From a virus (lineage: Duplodnaviria; Caudoviricetes), in IMG/VR virus record IMGVR_UViG_3300025759_000009, positions 1 through 54,618 of that record: DNA of 54,618 bases. One strand, written 5' to 3'. The notes under the pieces are model-generated. The model was given only the letters and a program-made list of their open reading frames with translations, did no database searches and was not told where the DNA came from. The position numbers and the translations under genes were made by a program. This document shows, piece after piece, positions 1-7,972 of the stretch; within the stretch, counting starts at the first letter, position 1; every line of letters begins with the position of its first letter.

Positions 1-127
1 GCCGCTGCCAGTCGTCGTATAATCAACATCCGCAGCATAATCACTGTCCGTCAAATTAATCCCACCAGCAGCGTCAATAGCCGCGTTTAACTCATCAGAC
101 GTAGGCGTGTAATCCTCGTCGTCAAAA
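1..127. repeat. Terminal direct repeat, copy 1 (circular assembly overlap)
   Basis: 1-127 is identical to 54492-54618. 127 is a typical assembler k-mer length, and an ORF reads through the junction. Confidence 0.97.
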
Positions 128-927
128 TCAAGCGGAGTGTAAACGTCAGGAGTATCTGGCCCCTCAAAAGAATACCCTTCAAGATACCCACCAGATTCAC
201 CATCGTAAATTCCGCCATTTTTATTTGTAACTGTGCCATCACCGTTGTCTGTCCAGCCGTGGAGGGAAACAAGATTTTTTTCAACAGCATTTAACTCAGT
301 ATTAGTAGGAACCTCATCGTAAGTGCTGCCGAGGTTTGTGCCTTCTGTAACAAATATTGGAGTGTAATCAACACCAGAAGCATCAGAAATCCCCTGTATG
401 TTGGAAGTGTCAACGTAACTGTAATCATTGTCATTATCGCTGTAATCAACAGTATTGCCATAATTTACAGTGCTGGCACCCGGAGTCGATTCCGTGTAAA
501 TATTACCTGTGCCAAACGTATCATCAACGTAACTGTCATTAGCCGTATAACCACTGCCAGTATAACCGTCAGCCGTTTCAGCTAAAACATTCTGACCTCC
601 AATGCTAACCTCCTGACCTCCATAACCAGCATCAATCGCGTCATAGTAAGTATCAAATTCTGGTATGTCAGTCGTCGTGGTCGTAGTAGTGTTGTTGTCG
701 TCGTTGTCGGTGCTGTGCCCACCAACTGTACTAACCTGCGTACCCGGCGTGTTCGGGTCGGTGTCTAACTTAGGGCTGTTCGGATCACTGTAATCGTTTT
801 CATAAACCGTGGGAGGAGGTGCAGGGCTCGGGCTGTCGTCATTGTTACCCGTTTCGCCGCCGTTACTTTCAAAAGCAGCCATTTCCCAAAAGTTCAAATG
901 GCGCAAAGGCCCAAATAAATGTCTCAT
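1..927 (-). CDS. N-terminal part of a 1079-aa acidic Asp/Gly/Thr-rich putative virion protein spanning the circular junction (join 927..1 + 54491..52179)
   Basis: Manual translation from ATG at 927 (ATGA overlap with the upstream stop) gives MRHLFGPLRHLNFWEMAAFESNGG... It is open to position 1 and in frame with the 52179..54545 ORF (LTDSDYAADVDY). The ORF track misses it. Confidence 0.9.
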   Translation of the reverse strand, partial: MRHLFGPLRHLNFWEMAAFESNGGETGNNDDSPSPAPPPTVYENDYSDPNSPKLDTDPNTPGTQVSTVGGHSTDNDDNNTTTTTTTDIPEFDTYYDAIDAGYGGQEVSIGGQNVLAETADGYTGSGYTANDSYVDDTFGTGNIYTESTPGASTVNYGNTVDYSDNDNDYSYVDTSNIQGISDASGVDYTPIFVTEGTNLGSTYDEVPTNTELNAVEKNLVSLHGWTDNGDGTVTNKNGGIYDGESGGYLEGYSFEGPDTPDVYTPLDFDDEDYTPTSDELNAAIDAAGGINLTDSDYAADVDYTTTGSG

Positions 928-1346
928 GCTACCTTCCTATGCCACTTCTCATCGCGCTTACTGCCATCAGGATATAACCTTAAACCCTCAGCAGTAGCAA
1001 TCTCAGGGTGATTATCCCACATAAATTGCTGAATGTCCCGTATGAACTTAATCACATCCCTGCGACCAGCACGGCACTGAAACTTCGGAAAGAACAAAAT
1101 CAAGTCCTCAGACCAATCGCGCGCAAAAACCTCAGAACCATCCCAAGAATCATCGTCTATCTCGCTACGAGTGAAAAATCCCCATGTGCAATAACCAACA
1201 ACCTCACCGTCAACCCTATGAACAAAACACTTGTCATGCTCAATAGCACGGTAAACAGAATTGCGCGTAGCCCAAGAAGGAGTCTTGGCGTAAAAATTGT
1301 CGTTCAAAACCAACGACATAACTCTGCCAAGAAGATCGTAGTCCAT
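924..1346 (-). CDS. RTX-toxin-activating acyltransferase (HlyC/TAAT)-like protein, divergent
   Basis: The pattern LLGxVxxL...AI....VGYCTW....DW....LFF..F...G parallels HlyC ILGHVSWL...PAI...VAYCSW...EDW...WFIDWIAPFG. The catalytic His/Asp positions appear substituted. Confidence 0.65.
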   Translation of the reverse strand: MDYDLLGRVMSLVLNDNFYAKTPSWATRNSVYRAIEHDKCFVHRVDGEVVGYCTWGFFTRSEIDDDSWDGSEVFARDWSEDLILFFPKFQCRAGRRDVIKFIRDIQQFMWDNHPEIATAEGLRLYPDGSKRDEKWHRKVA

Positions 1347-1837
1347 CAGTAACGACCTAACCCATTAAACAAAGGAACAACACCGCCGCTCATCATCTGA
1401 ACCGGAGCACTCCCAACACTCGTATTGTCACCAACCATCCGACCCGGACCAGCAACACCCATCGGAGGACCCCCCATAGGCTGCATCGGAGGTGGAGGAC
1501 GCATCGCACCAATAGGAGCACCGCCAACTTGACCAAAACTCGCGCCCGGACCCTGTGGAGGCATAGCCTGTGGTGGCATAGGAACCTGCGGCATCTGAGG
1601 CATCTGCATCTGCCGTTGCTGAAACTGCTCCTTGCGATTGCGCAACGATGCCTTAAAACCAGCACGGCCCTTCGCACTGCCGCCAAAACCAGAAACAACA
1701 GAAGAATTGCTACCCTGTGAACCAGACACAGGAGGAGCCATCCCACCCAAGTTGGGCATCACTGGAGGTGCAGCGGGTGGAGGACCCATCGGACCACCCA
1801 TAGGAGGTCCCATCGGTGCAGTCATAACAGCGGCCAT
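1346..1837 (-). CDS. Pro/Met/Gly/Gln-rich low-complexity protein with C-terminal MSGGVV motif
   Basis: ORF track 1346..1873. More likely ATG at 1837 after AGGAG. Its stop overlaps the start of the next gene. Confidence 0.75.
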   Translation of the reverse strand: MAAVMTAPMGPPMGGPMGPPPAAPPVMPNLGGMAPPVSGSQGSNSSVVSGFGGSAKGRAGFKASLRNRKEQFQQRQMQMPQMPQVPMPPQAMPPQGPGASFGQVGGAPIGAMRPPPPMQPMGGPPMGVAGPGRMVGDNTSVGSAPVQMMSGGVVPLFNGLGRY

Positions 1838-1884
1838 GTAAAAATCTCCTGAATTACAAAGTAACCATAACAAGAACAGAAAAT

Positions 1885-2124
1885 TTAATCAATAACCTCC
1901 AACAATCCACTCCGCAACATGCTGCCAGCTAAAGCATCACGACTGTGAAAGTAATAATTATCACCGCTCCACTCACACATCTCAATCGCAGCACGCCGCA
2001 TGAAATCACGCTCGTTATGACCAAAACCAATACGATGACGACCCTGCATAACAGGTACAACCTCACCAGCACCCTGAGCGTCAAACTCAAAACTCTCGCC
2101 GTAATTTAACCTGTATCTAGGCAT
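1885..2124 (-). CDS. Hypothetical protein
   Basis: ORF in a tightly packed minus-strand operon; ATG at 2124 overlaps the upstream gene end. Confidence 0.7.
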   Translation of the reverse strand: MPRYRLNYGESFEFDAQGAGEVVPVMQGRHRIGFGHNERDFMRRAAIEMCEWSGDNYYFHSRDALAGSMLRSGLLEVID

Positions 2125-2689
2125 CAACAGCCCCCACAAATGAATTCGGAAAATGCTCCTCTAAACGAGCCGCATCACGCCACGTCAAATCACTCTTAAC
2201 CTCAGCATCTCCATCCCTAACACCATCCAAATGATCAGAACCCATAACAACACCATCGTAATCATGCGCAACACTGTGAGGCTCAACGCCATTCAACCAA
2301 CGCTGAATAGACATGAAAACACCACCACGAGGACCAAAAACACCACCGTGCAAATCGTCAGTCGCAACCTTAATCAAAGCGCCGCGAAAATCATCAGAAC
2401 CTCGAACCCGCAACAAATCATCGTCGCCAACCCAACGACCAGAATGCGAAAACAAAATGTCCCCGCCTAAATACATCTCGTAACTCTCAACATTCGGATG
2501 AGTGTGCTCAGGAATTATATAATTCGGTGGAACGATAAACAACTCAACCTGAAACGGGCCCTTGCGATACCAAACAACGCCAGTAACATCCTGAATCTTG
2601 TAACTCGTAACAATACCCGGAGGAATGTAACCAAAAACCTTCGCATTAGACGCAAAACCAAAAGCAAAACGATCAAGCTCTTTAGACAT
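2117..2689 (-). CDS. Cupin-fold metal-binding protein
   Basis: PEHTHPNVESYE (HxH...E) plus downstream LHGG cupin motif 2; GGAGG SD upstream. Confidence 0.75.
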   Translation of the reverse strand: MSKELDRFAFGFASNAKVFGYIPPGIVTSYKIQDVTGVVWYRKGPFQVELFIVPPNYIIPEHTHPNVESYEMYLGGDILFSHSGRWVGDDDLLRVRGSDDFRGALIKVATDDLHGGVFGPRGGVFMSIQRWLNGVEPHSVAHDYDGVVMGSDHLDGVRDGDAEVKSDLTWRDAARLEEHFPNSFVGAVDA

Positions 2690-2713
2690 ACAAAACCCTC
2701 CAACTCAGATGGT

Positions 2714-2742
2714 ACGGTATGGGAAGATACGGGAGGGGTCAA
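2714..2742 (-). promoter_or_regulatory. Candidate sigma70-type promoter at the head of the long minus-strand operon
   Basis: TTGACC-N17-TACCGT upstream of the cupin gene. Confidence 0.4.
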
Positions 2743-2897
2743 TGGAATTTTTTGTAAAAAATTTTTTGACGGCCCATGGGTCCCATACGGACTAAAAAGG
2801 TTTTTACTGGTGATTGTAGGTGGGGAACACTGTGTGGGGCTGCTGTCCGATTGTCCGAATATAAGGGGGGGTGCACAGGCCCCATATACCCCGATTT

Positions 2898-2913
2898 CCG
2901 AACAATTGTTCGG
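2898..2913. promoter_or_regulatory. Perfect 16-bp palindrome CCGAACAATTGTTCGG (member of the dispersed operator-like motif)
   Basis: Read directly. Near-identical sites occur at 3667, 4462, 5167, 5288 and 11895. Confidence 0.7.
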
Positions 2914-2932
2914 GTTGCCTAGGGTACCTTAG

Positions 2933-2962
2933 AAAAGCAAAAAGCCCGCGCTTGGCGGGCTT
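2933..2962 (-). terminator. Rho-independent terminator
   Basis: AAGCCCGC-loop-GCGGGCTT stem followed by a T-tract on the minus strand, downstream of 2984..3226. Confidence 0.75.
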
Positions 2963-2983
2963 CTCTGTCGGTGTGAGATATAT

Positions 2984-3226
2984 TTAAAAGTCTCGATACC
3001 TATGCCTAACTCTGTCGCTGTCATTGTCAGAGTATTGGCGCGGCGTATCGTGCCCCTTGTCACCAAAAACCACGCAATCAGTTTTTGGATCAATTGGAAA
3101 ACCTGTATCACCATACATTCTATGATCGTGAATACTATGGACGAAATCCGGCTGTCCAAATACGCGAACAGCGTTGGTGAATTGTTGCTTTGTTCTGAAG
3201 CCCACAAAGTGAATATATCTTTTCAT
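2984..3226 (-). CDS. Hypothetical early protein
   Basis: 80-aa ORF with SD (AGGA) and TCTAGCAAA leader. Confidence 0.7.
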   Translation of the reverse strand: MKRYIHFVGFRTKQQFTNAVRVFGQPDFVHSIHDHRMYGDTGFPIDPKTDCVVFGDKGHDTPRQYSDNDSDRVRHRYRDF

Positions 3227-3251
3227 TGTCCTGTTTCCTTTTTGCTAGATT

Positions 3252-3275
3252 AGGCGGCGCGTTATTGCGCCGCCT
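3252..3275. promoter_or_regulatory. GC-rich hairpin between the amidoligase and the next gene
   Basis: AGGCGGCGC-gttatt-GCGCCGCCT inverted repeat. Confidence 0.55.
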
Positions 3276-3282
3276 GTTGTTT

Positions 3283-4356
3283 TTATCGCGTCAATGTTTC
3301 AACGCGGTTGTGCCACCATTCGAACAATTCATCTGACAAGCCCGCCCATATTGACGGGTTGCCTATGCGGTGCTCTGGCAACAGTGTCGCGCCGTCTGTT
3401 GTGGTCTCAAAAGAAAACAAAACGGTGTATGATGTGTGATGCGTGCCGTCACCATAGCGCGCGCCGTTCGCTTGTTGTGTGTTGGTGACCACGGCGGCGT
3501 CACCAACGCGCGCTCTGATTTCAGAGACGGCGGCGCGAACACGTTGCTCTGAGCATCCGGTTGCATCCATGATTTCTTGCGTGGTTGCGCCACCATCTGA
3601 GCGCATCATGGAATATTGAACGCCAACGCGCGCGCCGCGTCTGAATGGCTGTTCGGGTGTATCGGTAACAATTGTTCGGGTGCCACCCTCAACGCGTGCC
3701 GTGTTGGTGTGTTCGACTAGGTTCAACAGGAATTTCACCCAATTGATAATCTTGTCGGCTTCAACGGTGCCGGACGCTTGGCGGAATTCAATTGTGCCGC
3801 GTGACCATGTTTCCAAATTAACGGCGGTGAATTTGCCGAACGTCAATTCGCGGATTGTTGTGGCGCGCTCAATGCGTGCAAGCGATAGCGGCGCGCAATA
3901 GCGGTTGTCGGTGCGTGAGCGCGGGAACATTGTGTTAATTGTCGATTGTTGCCGCGTATAGCGGTACATAATATCTTGAACCGCGACAAAATCCATAGGG
4001 TCAGCATATGCGCCTGTGATATAGCGGCCAGTTCTATGGCGCTCTAAAATGCTATCGCCACAAAAGCGAACGGCGTGCGTGTCGTCATTCAACGGCGCGT
4101 TGCCAATGTGAACGTGTAAACCGCACTTTGAATTGACGCGCGCGCCAACGCGGTCCAACACGCGGCAAATTTTCTTGATATAATCGAATGCGAAATCGCA
4201 CGCGGCCAATGGTGGCAACACGATTTCGGCGTCAACGCTTGGCGTGCCGTCCGGTTTAACGTCACAGCCGCGGATTTCGGCGTTGCTTAATGCGCTTTTG
4301 ATTGCGCTGATGCTAGCGCCGCTTGTTTCGATTTCTATTCCAAAGGTGTAAGTCAT
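3283..4356 (-). CDS. Putative amidoligase (Amidoligase_2 / COOH-NH2 ligase) with C-terminal winged-HTH (DUF3489-like)
   Basis: Motifs TFGIEIE, DGT..EIVLPPL, CGLHVHIG and TIEFRQ. The C-terminal GATTQEIMDATGCSEQRVRAAVS is HTH-like. Confidence 0.85.
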   Translation of the reverse strand: MTYTFGIEIETSGASISAIKSALSNAEIRGCDVKPDGTPSVDAEIVLPPLAACDFAFDYIKKICRVLDRVGARVNSKCGLHVHIGNAPLNDDTHAVRFCGDSILERHRTGRYITGAYADPMDFVAVQDIMYRYTRQQSTINTMFPRSRTDNRYCAPLSLARIERATTIRELTFGKFTAVNLETWSRGTIEFRQASGTVEADKIINWVKFLLNLVEHTNTARVEGGTRTIVTDTPEQPFRRGARVGVQYSMMRSDGGATTQEIMDATGCSEQRVRAAVSEIRARVGDAAVVTNTQQANGARYGDGTHHTSYTVLFSFETTTDGATLLPEHRIGNPSIWAGLSDELFEWWHNRVETLTR

Positions 4357-4552
4357 TGTTTTTCCTATCTTTTCTAGAGTTAGTAGGGCAAAGCTGTCGC
4401 CCTATACCTAGTAATATAAGCATATTTTCCCATATGACAAGGGGTTTTGTGGGATTAATTAGAACAATTGTTCGGGTTAGCGTTGGATGCCAACGCGCGG
4501 CGCTATTCAATCGGCACAAAAAAACGCGACATTCAGAAGGAATGCGCGCGAT

Positions 4553-4662
4553 CATGTGTGTATATGTGTGTATATATGTGTGTATATATTTATGTATATA
4601 TACTATACCCCGACCCCGAACCCCGAACCCGAAAGCCCGAAGCCCGAAGCCCGAAGCCCGAT
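4553..4662. repeat. (TG/TA)n microsatellite followed by tandem CCCGAA(C/G) heptamer repeats
   Basis: tgtgtgtatatgtgtgtatatatgtgtgtatata... then ccccgaaccccgaacccgaaagcccgaagcccgaagcccgaagcccga. Confidence 0.85.
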
Positions 4663-4665
4663 TAA

Positions 4666-4872
4666 TTAGTAATGAGTCCACCCATAGTCATCGAACCTTG
4701 ACCTATAGTCTGTCCCACTCTCCCGAATCGCGATGTGATCATATCCCGATTTCTTGAGTCCATCAAACCGAACATATCCTACGACCCATGATTTTGCCTC
4801 GTCGTAATTGTCTGACTCGTGCAATGTAATCCGATCAAATTCAGTCTCACACCCTAAAACTTGATACTTCAT
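4666..4872 (-). CDS. Hypothetical protein
   Basis: 68 aa, ATGA-coupled to the upstream gene. Confidence 0.7.
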   Translation of the reverse strand: MKYQVLGCETEFDRITLHESDNYDEAKSWVVGYVRFDGLKKSGYDHIAIRESGTDYRSRFDDYGWTHY

Positions 4873-5063
4873 GCCGCTTCCTCCTGCTCTAATACTTCCA
4901 TAGCGTGCTCAAGTGCCTCTTGCTCGCTGTCGATTCCGTAACAAGTGAAGCAATGGTAATCGACCCACTGCCCTCCGATTGGCGTTTGCAAGTTAAAGTT
5001 GCTGGTTCCGTTCCACTCGATACGCAAGTGCTGCTCGTTGTGCTCTACTTCCCAATACTTCAT
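4869..5063 (-). CDS. Hypothetical protein
   Basis: 64 aa, GAGGA SD, own promoter. Confidence 0.75.
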   Translation of the reverse strand: MKYWEVEHNEQHLRIEWNGTSNFNLQTPIGGQWVDYHCFTCYGIDSEQEALEHAMEVLEQEEAA

Positions 5064-5091
5064 TTTCTTTCCTCTCTACTAGAATAATCCC

Positions 5092-5120
5092 ACACTATCC
5101 CACACTGTATAGTATGTCAA
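5092..5120 (-). promoter_or_regulatory. Sigma70-type early promoter
   Basis: TTGACA-N17-TAGTGT followed by the TCTAG leader motif. Confidence 0.65.
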
Positions 5121-5179
5121 CAGGAAAAATCGCACCGGGTTGAATTTTCTTCCGGGCGCGATTCGTGAACAATTGTTCG

Positions 5180-5276
5180 GGTTACGCTGCCGGGCAAAAC
5201 CACTGGCGCACAAAACACTGCTGTAGGTTACGCTGCCGGGTAACACCACTGGATACAATAACACTGCTGTAGGTTA
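5180..5276. repeat. Imperfect 46-bp tandem repeat (2 units plus a partial third) between two palindromic motif copies
   Basis: GGTTACGCTGCCGGG...ACCACTGG...AACACTGCTGTA at 5180 and 5226; GGTTA again at 5272. Confidence 0.85.
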
Positions 5277-5500
5277 TCCGACGTAGTAACCCGAACAATT
5301 ACTCGGGTTGACCCCGACGCTGGCGAATCCCGAACCCCGAACCCCGAATATTGGTGATTTATCTGAGAGGCGCTGAGAGGCCCGTAGAATAACCCGAACA
5401 ATTTTCAGCACCCCGAACCCGAAAAAACCCGAATCGGCGCTGAGGGGGGCGTTTCTGTGGCTCTACGACCCCGCCAGCCGCCCCGCATGGAGCGCAGGCG

Positions 5501-6025
5501 CTATTCGTCGGCTTCGCCGCTATAATCCGTTATAGGGATATGTTCGGGTTTTGTGGGATTTTGTTCAGGTGTTACGTCAATCATTCGATCTTTAGCACGC
5601 TGCATGAATTCTTGGAGTTGTTCAACGATTTGATCACGCGACAGGTTATCGACTGTTTCGTGCGTTACATGGCTACGAGCGACCATTAGGCCCGTCACTT
5701 TCAGGCGCAGTTCTTCTGCTTTGATTGCTGCACCGAAGTTCCCTGCTTCCCATGCTTCGTCCCGAAGTCTCTGCATATCCCGAACAGATTTCGTTATTGT
5801 GACCCCGTATTTGCTTTCGAGTTCTTGGCGCATTTCTTCCATGCGTTCTTTGACGCGCGGATTGTTTAGAAGCTGCACTGCTGATACGTTCGGGTTTTTG
5901 TATCCTGCTGCTCTGGCTGCTGCGGTCTGCGTCATATCTTTATGAATGTAGTTATCCAGAAACTTCTGCTGCGGTGGCGTTATTCGCTTTCCGCCTTTTT
6001 CGATTTGCTCCCCGACTTTCGGCAC
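5501..6025 (-). CDS. terS: Terminase small subunit
   Basis: ITPPQQKFLDNY...TQTAAARAAGYK...AVQLLNNPRV HTH signature and AAIKAEEL helix. Probable GTG start at 6025 (track start 6127). Confidence 0.8.
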   Translation of the reverse strand: MPKVGEQIEKGGKRITPPQQKFLDNYIHKDMTQTAAARAAGYKNPNVSAVQLLNNPRVKERMEEMRQELESKYGVTITKSVRDMQRLRDEAWEAGNFGAAIKAEELRLKVTGLMVARSHVTHETVDNLSRDQIVEQLQEFMQRAKDRMIDVTPEQNPTKPEHIPITDYSGEADE

Positions 6026-6135
6026 AACACTTTCCCCGCTTGATTTCCTGCCACACTCTACCGCGCGGCTTCGCCCCATGCAAGCCCAATAGTTCCCATA
6101 CTTCACATCAACATCATCAATCAACAATTACATCA

Positions 6136-6331
6136 GGGGGGGTAAGGTATATACCCCCCCCTATAGGGGGGTGACGTAGTTGACGTAAAATAACTCTTTG
6201 ATTTTATTAAACTATTTACGTCAAAACGGTTTTTTGACGTAGTTGACGTAAACTAATAAACCATTGGTTTTGTTTACAATTCTACGTTACGTCAACTACG
6301 TCAACTTTTGACGTGAATTTTTCTGACGTAA
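6136..6331. repeat. Iteron-like TGACGTA/TACGTCA array (about 10 copies) in AT-rich DNA with G7/C8/G6 hairpins; candidate replication origin
   Basis: Copies at about 6172, 6181, 6217, 6235, 6244, 6283, 6288, 6297, 6309 and 6324, in both orientations, between divergent genes. Confidence 0.7.
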
Positions 6332-6375
6332 ATAATGTAATGAAATCAACGCATAATTTTTTTTACCTTTTATGC

Positions 6376-6420
6376 TTGACGTGCCTATATGGCATGGGTA
6401 TATATGGGACATCTAGTAAA
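6376..6420 (+). promoter_or_regulatory. Sigma70-type early promoter with TCTAGTAAA leader
   Basis: TTGACG-N17-TATATA, then TCTAGTAAA-GGAG-ATG(6435). Confidence 0.7.
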
Positions 6421-6434
6421 ACGGAGTATATGAC

Positions 6435-6860
6435 ATGACCAACGAAAACATCAGAACCCGCATCTTGCGCGACTTAGATGGTGACTTAACCACGGACAGC
6501 AACCACGCGACACGCCGTATGTTTCGCTGCTGGTTGGATGGTTCTTATTTGGGCGAGGATCACTACCGCTCTAATGTAGAATTCATCAAGGGTAATAGCC
6601 ATGACCGCAAAGCCATGCGGCGTTTTATTATTAGTGAGTTCGTGAAGTACATTGCACACGATGCACATTGTTCAGCAAGTTACGCGCAAAAAGTTATCGT
6701 TGAGCGGTTCAGCAAGGACTATCTGAATATGCTAAACGATGTCTTGATTGATGAGGCGATTGAGTTTGGCGCGGAGCATAGTTCGCAGTCTATGGATGAT
6801 CTGCGAGCTTTGGGCGTTGTCAAAGTTATTTTTACTCCTGTTAATACGGGGGCCGCGTGA
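6435..6860 (+). CDS. Hypothetical early protein
   Basis: 141 aa, GGAG SD. Confidence 0.8.
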   Translation: MTNENIRTRILRDLDGDLTTDSNHATRRMFRCWLDGSYLGEDHYRSNVEFIKGNSHDRKAMRRFIISEFVKYIAHDAHCSASYAQKVIVERFSKDYLNMLNDVLIDEAIEFGAEHSSQSMDDLRALGVVKVIFTPVNTGAA

Positions 6861-7087
6861 TGCTGAAGGATAGACGCAAGCAATGGCAGAAAGACTGCAT
6901 CAACTATAGCTGGTCCCGTTGTGGCACTGTTGCGACTGAGCGTGGTTATAGCACTGATCTACGTTTAAAGCGCGTTAATGCGATGCTTGAGGCTGACGAT
7001 CACCAAGCCTCATTCACTTGGTACAATGAGGAGCTTTCGGCGCGTCACGTTGATCGCCCCGCGTCTGAATATAAGGAGGCTGCATGA
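6857..7087 (+). CDS. Hypothetical early protein
   Basis: GTGA-coupled 76-aa ORF. Confidence 0.7.
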   Translation: MMLKDRRKQWQKDCINYSWSRCGTVATERGYSTDLRLKRVNAMLEADDHQASFTWYNEELSARHVDRPASEYKEAA

Positions 7088-7488
7088 TGCTTTACATGGC
7101 ATATGGAATGAACACGAACAGGGACGCGATGGCAAATCGCTGCCCGAAGGCCAAACCATTGGGCGGGTTTTACCTGCCCGACACGCGGCTAGTCTTTCGA
7201 GGCGTTGCTGATATTGTGCCCGATCCAGATTATATCTGCCCCGTTGTTTTGTGGGAGATCACGCACGATTGTTTGCGTGCTCTTGACAGGTTGGAGGGTT
7301 ATCCGACTTTATACAATCGGCGCAAAGTTAACTGTGGCTGGCTTGTATATGAGATTAATGACAAAACCCGAACAAGTCCCCCGACTGGTGGGTATTACAA
7401 GATGATCGAGGACGGCTACAAAGAGTTCGGGTTAGACGACTATTGTTTGCGCCGTGCTTTATCCGAAGCTGAGGAGGTTGCGGCATGA
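7084..7488 (+). CDS. Gamma-glutamylcyclotransferase (GGCT/AIG2-like)
   Basis: YMAYGMN...RCP.A, VLWEIT, ALDRLEGYP..Y motifs; AAGGAGG SD. Confidence 0.9.
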   Translation: MMLYMAYGMNTNRDAMANRCPKAKPLGGFYLPDTRLVFRGVADIVPDPDYICPVVLWEITHDCLRALDRLEGYPTLYNRRKVNCGWLVYEINDKTRTSPPTGGYYKMIEDGYKEFGLDDYCLRRALSEAEEVAA

Positions 7489-7787
7489 GTTACACAGCAA
7501 GAGTTTTAGGAATTACTGTTCACGAGTGGGGAGAAGAAGGACAAGGCGCTCTTGTTTGCAACAAGGGCGGCTATCGTATCGGGGAGTTCCCGACATTACA
7601 GGCCGCGCTTTTCGAGGTTCGCGACCAATTCGAAGACTATGTGGTCAACGAGAATGGTTTTATTCAAACGTCATTGATTGAGGACGCTGATTCATACCCC
7701 GACCCGAAGGGCGACTATATCGCTGACTATGACATTATCATTGAGCGCGTGGAGCGTGTAGGAGCAGAGGAGCTAGAAGCGGCATGA
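7485..7787 (+). CDS. Hypothetical acidic protein
   Basis: ATGA-coupled, GAGGAGG SD. Confidence 0.8.
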   Translation: MSYTARVLGITVHEWGEEGQGALVCNKGGYRIGEFPTLQAALFEVRDQFEDYVVNENGFIQTSLIEDADSYPDPKGDYIADYDIIIERVERVGAEELEAA

Positions 7788-7972
7788 GGTTTTTACAACA
7801 AACTGACATTGACGGCGGGGTGTATTTACTCCCTGCCGCGCAAGTGTCGATTACCGAAACTGAGCTTGAGTGGCTGATTGAGGGCTTAGATGCGCTTATT
7901 CTGCCCGATAGATCGAAACGCATTAAGCGTGCGCTTAAACGTGCGCTTGGTGAAATTGAAGGGGCGGCGTGA
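7784..7972 (+). CDS. Hypothetical protein
   Basis: ATGA-coupled, 62 aa. Confidence 0.7.
   Translation: MRFLQQTDIDGGVYLLPAAQVSITETELEWLIEGLDALILPDRSKRIKRALKRALGEIEGAA

Noticed and set aside
1-127. Biological direct terminal repeat
   Set aside because: The exact 127-nt overlap falls mid-gene and matches a common assembler k-mer length. It is an assembly artefact showing circularity, not the real terminus.
4313-4757. ORFs 4313..4681(-), 4323..4757(+), 4468..4665(+) and 4487..4669(+)
   Set aside because: They translate microsatellite/heptamer repeats and promoter DNA, with no SD; probably spurious.
5180-5276. Mini CRISPR array
   Set aside because: Units are contiguous near-duplicates with no unique spacers, and there is no cas operon.
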